Assembly (NCBI RefSeq): GCF_963921235.1
Contig: NC_086097.1
Span: 191,892,001 to 191,956,000, forward strand
Reading direction: 5' to 3'
Origin: Mobula hypostoma
Taxonomy: Eukaryota
Length of the DNA stretch: 64,000 nucleotides
The notes beneath the pieces are model-generated. The model saw nothing but the letters and a program-made list of their open reading frames with translations. It was not told the DNA's origin and did no database searches. This document shows positions 12,646 through 25,580 of this stretch, one piece after another. A program made the translations under genes and the position numbers. The first letter of the stretch is position 1; each line of letters opens with the position of its first letter.

Positions 12646-12877
12646 CGTAGGGAATGGAGAGATATGGATCATGCATAGCCAGAAGAGATTTAGTTTAATT
12701 TGGCATCATGTTCAGCACAGACACTATAGGCCAAAGGGCCTGTGTCTGTACTGTGTTGTTCTATTTTCTATTTATTTTTTGTTTCTTGACCACTGCAATT
12801 TTTGTACAACTACCTTTAAAATTAAAGGTACTTAATTTTTTTCCTGCTATTTTAAATAATCATCATTTTTATTTAGT

Positions 12878-12907
12878 TTCGTTCACCAGCAACTTTGATG
12901 TGTGTTG
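12878..12907 (+). mobile_element. 30-bp PLE terminal-repeat micro-insertion with 12-bp TSD
   Basis: TTCACCAGCAACTTTGATGTGTGTTG is identical to 10105-10130; TTTTTATTTAGT at 12866-12877 and 12908-12919. Confidence 0.85.
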
Positions 12908-13277
12908 TTTTTATTTAGTCTTTATTTTCCAGTGTCTGGACAGGTTCGCATCTTCTGGACCCACAAAAATGAAAGAGACAAGGGTTTTGATGAAGCTTAG
13001 GAATAGGTGGATTTTGTTGAAGCTTTTGAAAGCTATGGAAAACGTAAAGAGGTGAAAAAATTGGGGATGGAATCCCTAAAGTGCCAAGTGTTTGCAATCC
13101 TCTCACCAGAGCTCTTATACAAAGTTGACTCGTTAGCTAACTCAGTGAACAGCCACGTGATTCAGTGGTGAGGATCCCACCTTCCAGAAGCAACGCTCAT
13201 CTAGTGTGGTATGATTTGGGTTTAACCAAACAGGAAAATTGAATGGTCTGGGAAGGAACAATGATTGTCGTGAATGC

Positions 13278-13973
13278 TGTGTAAATACTGCCCCATGCAA
13301 AGTTATCATTCACCAGAAAAATAACAGATTGTACACCAGCATAAAATTACAAAGGAAATATATTTACCAATATTTCAACTTTAACAAATAGTTAACAGAA
13401 AAAAAGAAAAGGAAAATAAAAGAGCCCATTGCAGTTAAACCAGACTAAATGTGCACTTAAACATTGGCGCTCATTTCTGGAGCAGTTGGATGTATCACTT
13501 TACTCATGTGCTGAACCCATGTTGTGCATGAAAAACAGCAGCCACGGTTTGAACTTTCCTCAAAGACCACCTCAAATGAACTGACTAACTCAGGAGGATT
13601 AGCACTTCCTCCTTGGAACCATTTGTCTGTACAAAGCACTGCTTACAATGAGGTTGTTCCTTCGACCAGCATTCTGCGGGCATTTTCCCTTAAGTTTCAC
13701 TCCGCAGTTCCTGCCAAAAGACCGCAAATCAGACTTCTGTCCTTCAGAACTCTGATCCCACCCTGCTCTCTCGAATCTTCTATCTGATCTCACTGGGCAG
13801 AAAGTTACAGCAGTCCCACGACAAACCCAGTTGTCTGACACAAAATTCCTAAGTTGGACAAAATGACTGAAGCCAAAGCACTCTTACTAACAGGACACAC
13901 AGCTTTTGCAGAAAACTGCTAAAATTAAAGTACCTAACAGCATAGCAGTAGAAATCTTAATTAGGGCATTACA
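13278..13973 (-). mobile_element. Probable solo LTR (about 695 bp)
   Basis: Minus strand starts TGTAATGCCC and ends GGGGCAGTATTTACA(CA); non-coding; no clean TSD seen. Confidence 0.5.
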
Positions 13974-14689
13974 TGTAATTATCAAAACTCTTGTTACCAG
14001 TGGAAAAATAACGGGACAAAAATGACAGATAGGAGGTCAGTTTGGGAAGTGCAGGGTAGCACATAGAGGAGATTGTAGACTTTGGGTAGAATATTTGTAA
14101 ACTAATGCAAAGGAATTTTGAAACTAGTACACTGGGGGAAAACATACGGCAGATGACAGGTAATCAAGTAGTGCGTAATGCCAGAATGGTTGCAGATGTT
14201 GGAATTGTGATTGTCAGTGAAACAGTGTTAGTGAAGTCATCTCTGCAAGTGGCAAAAGATGAGAAAAAAGATTTTGGGAAGTGTAAGGAAAGGTGGAAGT
14301 ATTTCAGAGGTAAATGTTGTTGCTTTAGACCATCCACACGGTATAAATTTCAATACATTTGAAAGAGATTATTCAATGACAGCTTTCAATGAGTCCTAAG
14401 GAGTTAAGTGTTAAGTTGGATCTAAGAGATCTAGCATATACTGTTACCTATCTATATTTTGTTTGTAGTAGCAGAGAGGTGATGCTCTGATTAGGATTAA
14501 AATGGATGTTAAACTTGTACTTCAACTGATGTTACTGAGATACAAGAACATGAGGACTTGCTGCAGGAGAAGTTGCAGACATGTGAATGAAGCACTTGCC
14601 GAGTGGGCAGTCTAGTCTGCAGGAGAATGGAAGTGTGAGTGGATGTTGCTGCAGGTAATGTACAGAGCATGGTTTCAGAAGATGTGGAA

Positions 14690-15828
14690 ATTACAATGGC
14701 ATAAGAGGGTAAGTGGCCAAAGATGACGGGAAAGAGACACTAGCAGGAAGGACAGCAGAGCAGAAATGGCAGGAGTTTCTTCAAAAAATGAGGGAAGTGC
14801 AAGGCAGATATATTCCAAATAAGAAGAAATTTTCGAATGGAAGAGGGACACCCCCGTGGCTGACAAGTGAAGTCAGAGCCAAAGTAAAAGCAAAAGAGAA
14901 GGCATACAAGGAAGCCAAAGCTAGTGGGAAGATAGAGGATTGGAAGCTTTTAAAAACTTGCAGAAGGAAACTAAGGTCATTAGGAAGGAAAAGATGAATT
15001 ATGAAAGGAAATTGGCGACTAATATCAAAGAAGATACTAAAAGCTTTTTTAAGTATATAAAGGTTAGAGAGTTGAGGGTAGATATAGGACCAATAAAAAA
15101 TGATGCTGGAGATATTGTATTGAGAGATGTAGAGATGGTAGAGGAACTGAATGCGTATTTTGCATCAGTCTTCACATGAAAAACATCTGCACTATACTAG
15201 ACATTCAAGGGTGTCAGGGAAGTGAAGTATGTGCAGTGTAAATTAAGACTGAGAAGGTACTCGGGAAGTTTAATGGTCTGAGGGTGGATAAATCTCTTGG
15301 GGTTGATGGAATTTATCCTTGGATTCTGAAGGAAGTAGCTGGAGAGATTGCAGAGGCATTAACAATGATCCTTCAAGAATCGATAGATTCTGGCATTGTA
15401 ATGGATGACTGGAAAATTGCAAATGTTACTCTGCTATTTAAGAAGGGTGTGAGGCAGCAGAAAGGAAACTATAGACCTGTTAGCCTGACATCAGTGATTG
15501 GGAAGTTGTTGGAATCGATTGTTACATGATAGGGGAGCCTAGGACAAGAGAGTACGACTTCAGGACTGAAGGACATCCATTTAGAACAGAGATGTGGGGA
15601 AATCACTTTAGTCAGAGGGTGGTAAATCTGTGAAATTTGTTGCTACGGGCGGCTGTGGAGGCCAATTCAATGGCTGCATTTAAGGCAGAGATAAATAGGT
15701 TCTTGATTAGTCAAGGCATCAAAGAGTATGGGGAGAAGGCAGAGGAGTAGGGATGACTGGAAGAATTGGATCGGCCCATGGTTGAATGGCAGAGCAGACT
15801 TGATGGGCAGAATGGCCTACTTCTATCA
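14690..15828 (+). mobile_element. CR1 LINE fragment with internal deletion at about 15525
   Basis: PPWLTSEVR, ELNAYFASVFT, WKIANVTLLFKKG...GNYRPVSLTSV, then jumps to the CR1 3' end. Confidence 0.9.
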
Positions 15829-16400
15829 TGGAAAATAACTTTGCCATACCTAATCTGTTCAGGCCTTTTAACATTCAGAACGTTTCTATGAGATCCCCCC
15901 TCATTCTCCTGAACTCCAGGGAATACAACCCAAGAGCTGCCAGATGTTCCTCATCCTGGAATCATTCTCATCAATCTTCTCTAAACCCTCTCCAATGTCA
16001 GTATATCCTTTCTAAAATAAGAAATCCAAAACTGCACACAATACTCCAAGTATGGTCTCTCGAGTGCCTTATAGAGCTGCAACATCACATCCCTACTCTT
16101 GTATTCTATGCCTCTGGAAATGAAAGCCAACATTGCATTTGCCTTTGCACCACTGACTCAGCCTGGAGGTTAACCTTTATGGTATCCTGCACAAGGACTC
16201 CCAAGCCCCTTTAAATCTCTACATTTTGAGTTCTCTCCGCATCTAAATAATAGTCTGCCTGTTTATTTCTTCCATGAAAGTGCATGACCATACACATTCC
16301 AACATTTTAAATGAATGGTCCTTTATTTTGTAGCTATTTCTCTTGCTTGAGACCCTCCCACAACTGACAACATCTCAAACCTATCCTGTCATGCCCCTTT
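15829..16400 (-). mobile_element. CR1 RT C-terminal fragments, antisense
   Basis: Reverse complement of the RPYLEYCVQF / EFRRMRGDLIET region. Confidence 0.8.
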
Positions 16401-16402
16401 AG

Positions 16403-17628
16403 AATCCCAGTTTGGCAAAAGAATAAATCAGGGAAGGTAGTGCACCTGTGGCTGACAAGGGAAATTAGGGATAGTATCGATTCCAAAGAAAAAGCATATA
16501 AATTAGCCAGAAAAAGCAGCTCACCTGAGGACTGGGAGAAATTCAAAGTCCAGCAGAGGAGGACAAAGGGCTTAATTAGCAAACGGAAAAAAGATTATGA
16601 GAGAAAACTGGCAGGGAACATAAAAACTGACTGTAAAAGCTTTTATAGATATGTGAAAAGAAAAAGATTCGTTGACAAATGTAGGTCCCCTACAGACAGA
16701 AACAGGTGAATTGATTATGGGGAGCAAGGACATGACAGACCAATTAAATAACTACTTTGGTTCTGTCTTCACTAAGGAGGACATAAATAATCTTCCAGAA
16801 ATAGTAGGGGACAAAGGGTCTAGTGAGATGGAGGAACTGGGGGAAATATATGTTAGTAGGGAAGTGGTGTTAGGTAAATTGAAGGGATTAAGGGCAGATA
16901 AATCCCTAGGGCCAGATGGTCTACATCCCAGAGTGCTTAAGGAAGTAGCCCAAGAAATAGTGGAAGCATTAGTGATAATTTTTCAAAACTCTTTAGATTC
17001 TGGACTAGTTCCTGAGGATTGGAGACTGGCAGATATTACCCCACTTTTTAAAAAATGAGGGAGAGAGAAACCGGGGAATTATAGACCGGTTAGCCTAACG
17101 TCGGTGGTGGGGAAAATGCTACAGTCAGTTGTCAAGGATGTGATTACAGCACATTTGGAAAGTGGTGAAATCATTGAACAAAGTCAGCATGAATTTGTGA
17201 AAGGAAAATCATGTCTGACGAATCTCATAGAATTTTTTGAGGATGTAACTAGTAGAGTGGATAGGGGAGAACCAGTGGAGGTGGTATATTTGGATTTTCA
17301 AAAGGCTTTTGACAAGGTCCCAAACAGGAGATTAGTGTGCAAACTTAAAGCACACGGTGTTGGGGGTAAGGTATTGATGTGGATAGGGAATTTGTTGGCA
17401 GACAGGAAGCAAAGAGTGGGAATAAATGGGACCTTTTCAGAATGGCAGACAGTGACTGGTGGGGTACCGCAACGCTCAGTGCTGGGACCCCAGTTGTTTA
17501 CAATATATATTAATGACTTAGATGAGGGAATTAAATGCAGCATCTCCAAGTTTGCGGATGACACGAAGCTGGGCGGCAGTGTTAGCTGTGAGGAGGATGC
17601 TAAGAGGATGCAGGGTGACCTGGATCGG
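16403..17628 (+). mobile_element. CR1 LINE, left part of an element split by 17629-20214
   Basis: ORF2 linker and RT to KFADDTKLGG...MQGDLDR, then an abrupt break. Confidence 0.95.
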
Positions 17629-20214
17629 TGGGAGTTGTGTACAGGCCACCTAACAGTAGTAGTGAGGTCGGAGATGGTATTAAACAGGAAATTAGAAATG
17701 TGTGCAATAAAGGAACAGCAGTTATAATGGGTGACTTCAATCTACATGTAGATTGGGTGAATCAAATTGGTAAAGGTGCTGAGGAAGAGGATTTCTTGGA
17801 ATGTATGCAGGATGGTTTTTTGAACCAACATGTCGAGGAATCAACTAGAGAGCAGGCTATTCTAGACTGGGTTTTGAGCAATGAGGAAGGGTTAATTAGC
17901 GATCTTGTCGTGAGAGGCCCCTTGGGTAAGAGTGACCATAATATGGTGGAATTCTTCATTAAGATGGAGAGTGACATAGTTAATTCAGAAACAAAGGTTC
18001 TGAACTTAAAGAGGGGTAACTTTAAAGGTATAAGACGTGAATTAGCTAAGATAGACTGGCAAATGACACTTAAAGGATTGACGGTGGATATGCAATGGCA
18101 AGCATTTAAAGGTTGCATGGATGAACTACAACAATTGTTCATCCCAGTTTGGAAAAAGAATAAATCAAGGAGGGTAGTGCACCCGTGGCTGACAAGAGAA
18201 ATTAGGGATAGTATCAATTCCAAAGAAGAAGCATACAAATTAGCCAGAGAAAGTGGCTCACCTGAGGACTGGGAGAAATTCAGAGTTCAGCAGAGGAGGA
18301 CAAAGGGCTTAATTAGGAAGGGGAAAAAAGATTATGAGAGAAAACTGGCAGGGAACATAAAAACTGACTGTAAAAGCTTTTATAGATATGTAAAAAGGAA
18401 AAGACTGGTAAAGACAAATGTAGGTCCCCTGCAGACAGAAACAGGTGAATTGATTATGGGGAGCAAGGACATGGCAGACCAATTGAATAATTACTTTGGT
18501 TCTGTCTTCACTAAGGAGGACATAAATAATCTTCCAGAAATAGTAGGGGACAGAGGGTCCAGTGAAATGGAGGAACTGAGCGAAATACAGGTTAGTAGGG
18601 AAGTGGTGTTAGGTAAATTGAAGGGATTGAAGGCAGATAAATCCCAGGGCCAGATGGTCTGCATCCTAGAGTGCTTAAGGAAGTAGGCCAAGAAATAGTG
18701 GATGCATTAGTGATAATTTTTCAAAACTCATTAGATTCTGGACTAGTTCCTGAGGATTGGAGGGTGGCTAATGTAACCCCACTTTTTAAAAAAGGAGGGA
18801 GAGAGAAACCGGGGAATTATAGACCGGTTAGCCTAACGTCGGTGGTGGAGAAACTGCTGGATCAGTTATCAAGGATGTGATTACAGCACATTTGGAAAGC
18901 GGTGAAATCATCGGACAAAGTCAGCATGGATTTGTGAAAGGAAAATCATGTCTGACGAATCTCATAGAATTTTTTGAGGATGTAACTAGTAGAGTGGATA
19001 GGGGAGAACCAGTGGATGTGGTATATTTGGATTTTCAAAAGGTCCCACACAGGAGATTAGTGTGCAAACTTAAAGCACACGGTATTGGGGGTAAGGTATT
19101 GATGTGGATGGAGAACTGGTTAGCAGACAGGAAGCAAAGAGTGGGAATAAACGGGACCTTTTCAGAATGGCAGGCGGTGACTAGTGGGGTACTGCAAGGC
19201 TCAGTGCTGGGACCCCAGTTGTTTACAATATATATTAATGACTTGGATGAGGGAATTAAATGCAGCATCTCCAAGTTTGCAGATGACACGAAGCTGGGTG
19301 GCAGTGTTAGCTGTGAGGAGGATGCTAAGAGGATGCAGGGTGACTTGGATAGGTTGGGTGAGTGGGCAAATTCATGGCAGATGCAATTTAATGTGGATAA
19401 ATGTGAAGTTATCCACTTTGGTGGCAAAAATAGGAAAACAGATTATTATCTGAATGGTGGCCGATTAGGAAAAGGGGAGGTGCAACGAGACCTGGGTGTC
19501 ATTATACACCAGTCATTGAAAGTGGGCATGCAGATACAGCAGGCGGTGAAAAAGGCGAATGGTATGCTGGCATTTATAGCGAGAGGATTCGAGTACAGAA
19601 GCAGGGAGGTACTACTGCAGTTGTACAAGGCCTTGGTGAGACCGCACCTGGAGTATTGTGTGCAGTTTTGGTCCCCTAATCTGAAGAAAGACATCCTTGC
19701 CATAGAGGGAGTACAAAGAAGGTTCACCAGATTGATTCCTGGAATAGCAGGACTTTCATATGAAGAAAGACTGGATGAACTGGGCTTGTACTCGTTGGAA
19801 TTTAGAAGATTGAGGGGGGATCTGATTGAAACGTATAAAATCCTAAAGGGATTGGACAGGCTAGATGCAGGAAGATTGTTCCTGATGTTGGGGAAGTCCA
19901 GAACGAGGGGCCACAGTTTGAGGATAGAGGGGAAGCCTTTTAGGACCGAGATTAGGAAAAACTTCTTCACACAGAGAGTGGTGAATCTGTGGAATTTTCT
20001 GCCACAGGAAACAGTTGAGGCCAGTTCATTGGCTATATTTAAGAGGGAGTTAGATATGGCCCTTGTGGCTATGGGGGTCAGGGGGTATGGAGGGAAGGCT
20101 GGGGCGGGGTTCTGAGTTGGATGATCAGCCATGATCATAATAAATGGCGGTGCAGGCTCGAAGGGCCGAATGGCCTACTCCTGCACCTATTTTCTATGTT
20201 TCTATGTTTCTATG
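17629..20214 (+). mobile_element. Young 5'-truncated CR1 LINE (APE endonuclease C-half plus RT), with frameshifts near 18650 and 18860
   Basis: GVVYRPP, MGDFN, SDH (17628-18686); RT 18877-20115 with QGSVLGP and FADD; 3' tail (TTTCTATG)3. Confidence 0.97.
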
Positions 20215-21073
20215 TTAGGTGAGTGGGCAAAGTCATGGCAGATGCAATTTAATGTGGATAAATGTGAGGTTATCCACTTTGGTGGCAAAAACAGGAAAAC
20301 AGATTATTATCTGAATGGTGGCCGATTAGGAAAAGGGGAGGTGCAACGAGACCTGAGTGTCGTTATATACCAGTCATTGAAAGTGAGCATGCAGGTACAG
20401 CAGGTGGCGAAAAAGGCGAATGGTATGCTGGCATTCATAGAAAGAGGATTTGAGTACAGGAGCAGGGAGGTACAACTGCAGTTGTACAAGGCCTTGGTGA
20501 GACCACACCTGGAGTATTGTGTGCAGTTTTGGTCCCCTAATCTGAGGAAAGACATTCTTGCCATAGAAGGAGTACAAAGAAGGTTCACCAGATTGATTCC
20601 TGGGATGGCAGGACTTTCATATGATGAAAGACTGGATCGACTAGGCTTATACTCGTTGGAATTTAGAAGATTGAGGGGGGATCTTATTGAAATGTATAAA
20701 ATCCTAAAGGGATTGGACAGGCTAGATGCAGGAAGATTGTTCCCGATGTTGGGGAAGTCCAGTACGAGAGGTCACAGTTTGAGGATAAAGGGGAAGCCTT
20801 TTAGGACCGAGATTAGGAAAAACTTCTTCACACAGAGAGTGGTGATCCTGTGGAATTCTCTGCCACAGGAAACAGTTGAGGCCAGTTCATTGGCTATATT
20901 TAAGAGGGAGTTAGATATGGCCCTTGTGGCTAAAGGGATCAGTGGGTATGGAGGGAAGGCTCGTACAGGGTTCTGAGTTGGATGATCAGCCATGATCATA
21001 CTGAATGGCGGTGCAGGCTCGAAGGGCCGAATGGCCTACTCCTGCACCTATTTTCTATGTTTCTATGTTTCTA
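20215..21073 (+). mobile_element. CR1 LINE, right part resuming 16403-17628
   Basis: Starts at LGEWAKSWQMQFN, the codon after GDLDR; ends in (TTTCTATG)n. Confidence 0.95.
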
Positions 21074-22259
21074 TATGCTTATATAAAGTCACTCCTCATT
21101 CTTCTAAACTCTATGGAGTACAGATCCAAACCTTCTAGTATCTCTTGATACAGCAACCCTCTTTGGCAGGAATTGGCCCAATGAATCCTCTTTATGTTGC
21201 CTCTGATGTCCTTTTCTTTAGGCAAAAATGTGCAAGTAATGGATGGATAAGGCTCTTTCTTAGAGAATTGAGAGGTTGTTGAAGTTGACAACTTTGTGGA
21301 GTACTTGAAACAAATTCTACGATCCTCTTAATGGAAAGCTAAATAAGCATTTAAGGGTTTTATGTAAAACCGTTTAGCGTAATGCTGATTTTAAACTAGT
21401 AGTTTAATAACATAGAATCATAGTGCCATGTCCCTTTAAATGCCATTTGGCTGAAAGTAACATACCAATTTGTATTTGACATTTATGATGGCTCGAAATA
21501 AAATAATAAAGAAAAAATATTTTAGGAAGTACAGCCGAATAAAATACAGAGGAGGCCACATTACATCCACTGTTATTATCATTTTCAGTTAGTGTTCTCC
21601 TAATTGGCATTTGAAGATGTTGATTAATAGATTGTTGCGCCAGTGAGTATGTGTTTAAATTATGCTGACACCTCCTGATTGGTGGCTAAAAAGGGATTAT
21701 CAGCAGGTTTTGAATGGAAAACTGTTGTGGAGAGATGCATTTAGAACCCTGAAAGTTTCAAAATCTGGGCAGTGATTGCTCAGCTTTTGGCAGGGGAGAG
21801 TTTAAAATCATGGTAACACAGAACTGTATATCCAGCACCTAACTATTTTTAAATATAGTTGATCATGCGGTCGAGGAATGCTGTAGAGTCTGAAGGCCTT
21901 TCATCATCCATCCATTTATATCGTGGGAGAAGCCAGAGAGTGGTAGTAAACGGTTGCCTCCCTGACCAGAGGCCTGTGTCTAATGGAGTGCTGCACAGAC
22001 CAGTGCGGGTCTGTTATTGTTGGTCATCTATATCAATGATCTGGATGATAATGTGGTTAACTGGATCAGCAAATTTGCGGATGACACCAGATTATGGGTA
22101 TAGTCGACAATAAGGAAGGCTATCAAATCAAGCCGTGGGTCTGGAACAGTTGTAATAATGTGGTGAAACACAAAATAATCTGCAAATGCTGTGATCAAAG
22201 CAACACTTACCGTATGCTGGATGAACTCAGCAGGTCGGGCAGCATCAGTGGAAATGATG

Positions 22260-22295
22260 AGTCGACGTTTCGGGCCGGAACCCTTCATCAGGACT
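22260..22295 (-). ncRNA. Intact minimal hammerhead ribozyme
   Basis: Minus strand AGTC-CTGATGA-AGGG TTCCGG CCC-GAAACGTC-GACT; perfect stem I AGTC/GACT. Confidence 0.85.
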
Positions 22296-23976
22296 GAAGA
22301 ATGAAGGAAGTCGAAGGATTTGAAGAATGCTTGTAGTTCCAGTTGAAAGACCAGTCATTTGAAAGACAAAGGGGTGGGGGAGGGGAAGCATTGACGTCAT
22401 AGGCAGGAAAACAATGGGTAGTAGAAGAAGGAGGTGGAACCATGAGGGAGCTGGGGGAGGGGGTAGAGTGAAATAGGGATAGAGGAACGGGGAGGGGGGC
22501 GGTGGAATTACCGGAAGTTGGAGAATTCTATGTTCATACCAAGGAGCTGGAGACTACCTAGACGGTATATGAGGTGTTGCTCCTCCAACCTGAGTTTAAC
22601 CTCATTATGGCAGTAGAGGAGGTCATGTATGGACATATCTGAATGGGAATGGGAAGCAGAGTTGAAGTGGGTGGCTACCGAGAGATCTTGTCTGTCGTGG
22701 CGGACGGAGTGGAGGTGCTCGACGAAGCGGTCCCCCCATCTATGTCGGGTTTCACCGATGTAGAGGAGGTCGCACCGGGAGCACCGGATGCAATAGATGA
22801 CCCCGACAGATTCACAAGTGAAGTGTGGCCTCACCTGGAAAGATTGTTTGGGGCTCTGAATGGTGACAAAAGAGAAGGTGTAGGGACAGGTGTAGCACTT
22901 ACGCCTACAGGGATAAGTGCCGGGTGGGAGATCCGTGGGGATGGACGTGCGGACAAGTGAGCCACGGAGAGATCGATCCCTACGGAAAGCGGAGAGGGGT
23001 GGAGAGGGAAAGATGTGCTTAGTGGTGGGGTCTTGTTGAAGGTGGCGGAAGTTGCGGAGGATAATGTGCTGGATCCAGAGGCTGGTGGGGTGGTACGTGA
23101 GGACAAGGGGAACTCTGTCCCTGTTGTGGTGGCAGGAAGATAGGGTGAGGGCCGAAGTGCGGGAAATGGAGGAGATGCGAGTGAAGGCATCATTGATCAC
23201 CGTAGAAGGGAAACCACGATCCTTAAAGAAAGAGGACATTTGAGATGTCCTGGAACGGAAAGCCTCATCCTGGGAGCAGATGCGGCGGAGACGGAGGAAC
23301 TGGGAATAGGGAATGGCATTTTTACATGTGGCGGGGTGGGAAGAGGTATAGTTGAGGTAGTTATGAGAGTCAGTGGGCTTGTAGAAGATGTCAGTGGACA
23401 GTCTGTCTCCAAAGATGGAGACCAAGACATTGAGAAAGGGGAGAGAAGTGTCTGAGATAGATCAAGTGAATTTTAGGGCTGGGTGGAAGTTTCAAGTAAA
23501 GTTGATGAAATTGACGAGCTCAGCATGGGTGCAGGAAATAGCACCAATGTAGTTGTCAATGTACCGAAGGCAAAGTTGGGGAGCAGTACCAGAATAGGTT
23601 TGGAGCACAGACTGTTCCACATAACCAATGAAGGGGCAGGCGTAGCTGGGTCCCATGCGAGTTCCCATAGCTACACCCTTAGTCTGAAGAAAGTGGGAAG
23701 AGCCAAAAGAGATGTTATTAAGTGTGAGAACCAGTTTCGCCAACCGGAGGAGGGTAGTGGTAGTGGGGAACTGGTGAGGTCTATTATCCAGGAAGTAGTG
23801 GAGGGCTTTGAGGCCTATCACCTCCCTCATGTTTCCGCCTCCTTCTTCTACTACCCATTGTTTTCCTGCCTATGACGTCAATGCTTCCCCTCCCCCACCC
23901 CTTTGTCTTTCAAATTACTGTTCTTTCAACTGGAACTACAAGCATTCTTCAAATCCTTCCACCTCCTTCATTCTTC

Positions 23977-24012
23977 AGTCCTGACGAAGGGTTCCGGCCC
24001 AAAACGTCGACT
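23977..24012 (+). ncRNA. Hammerhead copy with a GAAA>AAAA core mutation (likely inactive)
   Basis: AGTC-CTGACGA-AGGG TTCCGG CCC-AAAACGTC-GACT. Confidence 0.7.
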
Positions 24013-25139
24013 CATCATTTCCACTGATGCTGCCCGACCTGCTGAGTTCATCCAGTGTACTGTAAGTGTTGCTATAATGCGCTGAAAAATGGCTGATGGA
24101 ATTTAATACGGATGAGTCTGAGGACTTTGGGAGGACAAACCAGTGTGGAACATCCACAATGAACAGTAGGGCACTGAGGAGTATGGTGGAACAGAAGTAT
24201 CTGCGAATACATTTCTATAATTCTTTGAAAGTGGTATTACAGGTAGATATAGTTGTAAAAGGAGCTTTTGGCACATTGACCTTCATAAACCGAAGTACTG
24301 AGTACAGGAGTTGGGATGTTGTATTGGAGTTGTATAAGACATCGGTGAGGCCTAATTTGCAGTGTTGTATGCAGTTCTAGTCACCCACTGGAAATAAGTT
24401 ATAGAGTGCAGAGAAACTTTACATATTTTTTTAACCAAAACTTGAGGACCTGAGTCAAAGGGAAAGGAATTTATTCCCTGGAATGTAAAAAAGGTTGAAG
24501 AGGGATTTGATAAAGACATACAAAATTATGCGGGGTACAGATAAGGTAAGTGCAAGCAGGCTTTTTCCACTGAGGTTGGGTGAGATTAGAACTAAAGGTC
24601 ATAGATTAAGGGTGAATAGTGAAATGTTTAAAGGGAATATTAGGGGAACTTCTTTACTCTGAGGGCGGTGGGAGTGTGGAATGAGCTGCCCAGATGAAGT
24701 TATAGATGTAGTTTCAATTTCAACATTTAAAAGAAGTTTGGATAATTACATGAATAAGAGGGGTGTGGAAGGCTATGGTCCCAATGCAGGTTGATGGGAC
24801 TAGGCAGAATAACAGTTCAGTATGGACTAAATGGGCCGAACAGTCAGTTTTTGTATTGTGGTGCTCTATGACTCAATTGTATCCAATGATAACCAAAAAC
24901 AGAATGTGGAGAGGAAAAGACACGTGTCGTTTCCAAAGAAGATGGGCAGCTCCTGCCCCAGCCCCAAACCTCGGACACATATTGTATTGACAGTGGAAGC
25001 AGATGTGTTTGTTAATCAGTGCAGTAGGTAAGACCCAAGTTTCTTGATCTAATATTAATGAAGAAAAAGGTTTAATAATCTCATGTTAGTCACCATGGAA
25101 TGAGCTGTCCAATATCCCATAAGATATATCTCAAGCATC

Positions 25140-25580
25140 GGGTATTGATTAATCTGCCATCACTGCCCAGTCCACCAGAGATCTGTCACTTCCTTCCATC
25201 CAGTCCACCCACAGGAAAGCTAATAGCATCATTGAGGATGCCTGCGTCTCTGACTATTCCCTTTTCTCTTTTCACCTTCTGGAAAAAAATGTAGGAGATT
25301 GAAAGTCCAGACAACCAGAGTCAAAACGACTTCTCCTCCACTGCTATCAGACAACTGAAATGATCACCTCTTTTAAATTTCCAGTGGTGCTGTCAATTTC
25401 TTGGATTCTTAATTCTACTTCCCTCATTTATTTCATAACTGACATTTTAACATTTCTTGTTTCACTGTCTCAGATTACAATGTTATACCTTGGACTGTTC
25501 TGTTGCTTTGCACTTGGTGACCTTCAAGTGAGCAAGGCATTTCACTGCACTCTAGTGTATATGACAATAAGATAATCTGC
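25140..25580 (+). mobile_element. Decayed Rex1/Babar-like LINE 3' end
   Basis: Resembles 37900-38050; ATGACAATAA tail. Confidence 0.45.

Larger units (their letters stand above)
22169..24073 (-). mobile_element. Penelope-like element with an inverted terminal repeat at its truncated 5' end
   Basis: RT 23492-23830 and RT-thumb/GIY-YIG ORF 22508-23425; 23822-24073 is the reverse complement of about 22199-22450; candidate TSD ATAATGTGGTGAAA (22155-22168) / ATAATGCGCTGAAA (24074-24087). Confidence 0.95.
21920..24875 (+). mobile_element. Old CR1 RT/3' fragment split by a PLE (CR1 at 21920-22168 and 24074-24875)
   Basis: SQRVVVNG and [19 protein letters not shown] on the left; MEFNTD...LYKTSVRPNL on the right. 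Confidence 0.85.

Noticed and set aside
14520..14660. Purine-rich stretch ending in a donor-like CAG/GTAATG
   Set aside because: Frames examined are closed, no clear acceptor, no recognisable product
17762..20999. Long minus-strand ORFs (for example 19446-20138, and 49906-50790 on +)
   Set aside because: Antisense shadows of CR1 ORF2, repeated in every copy
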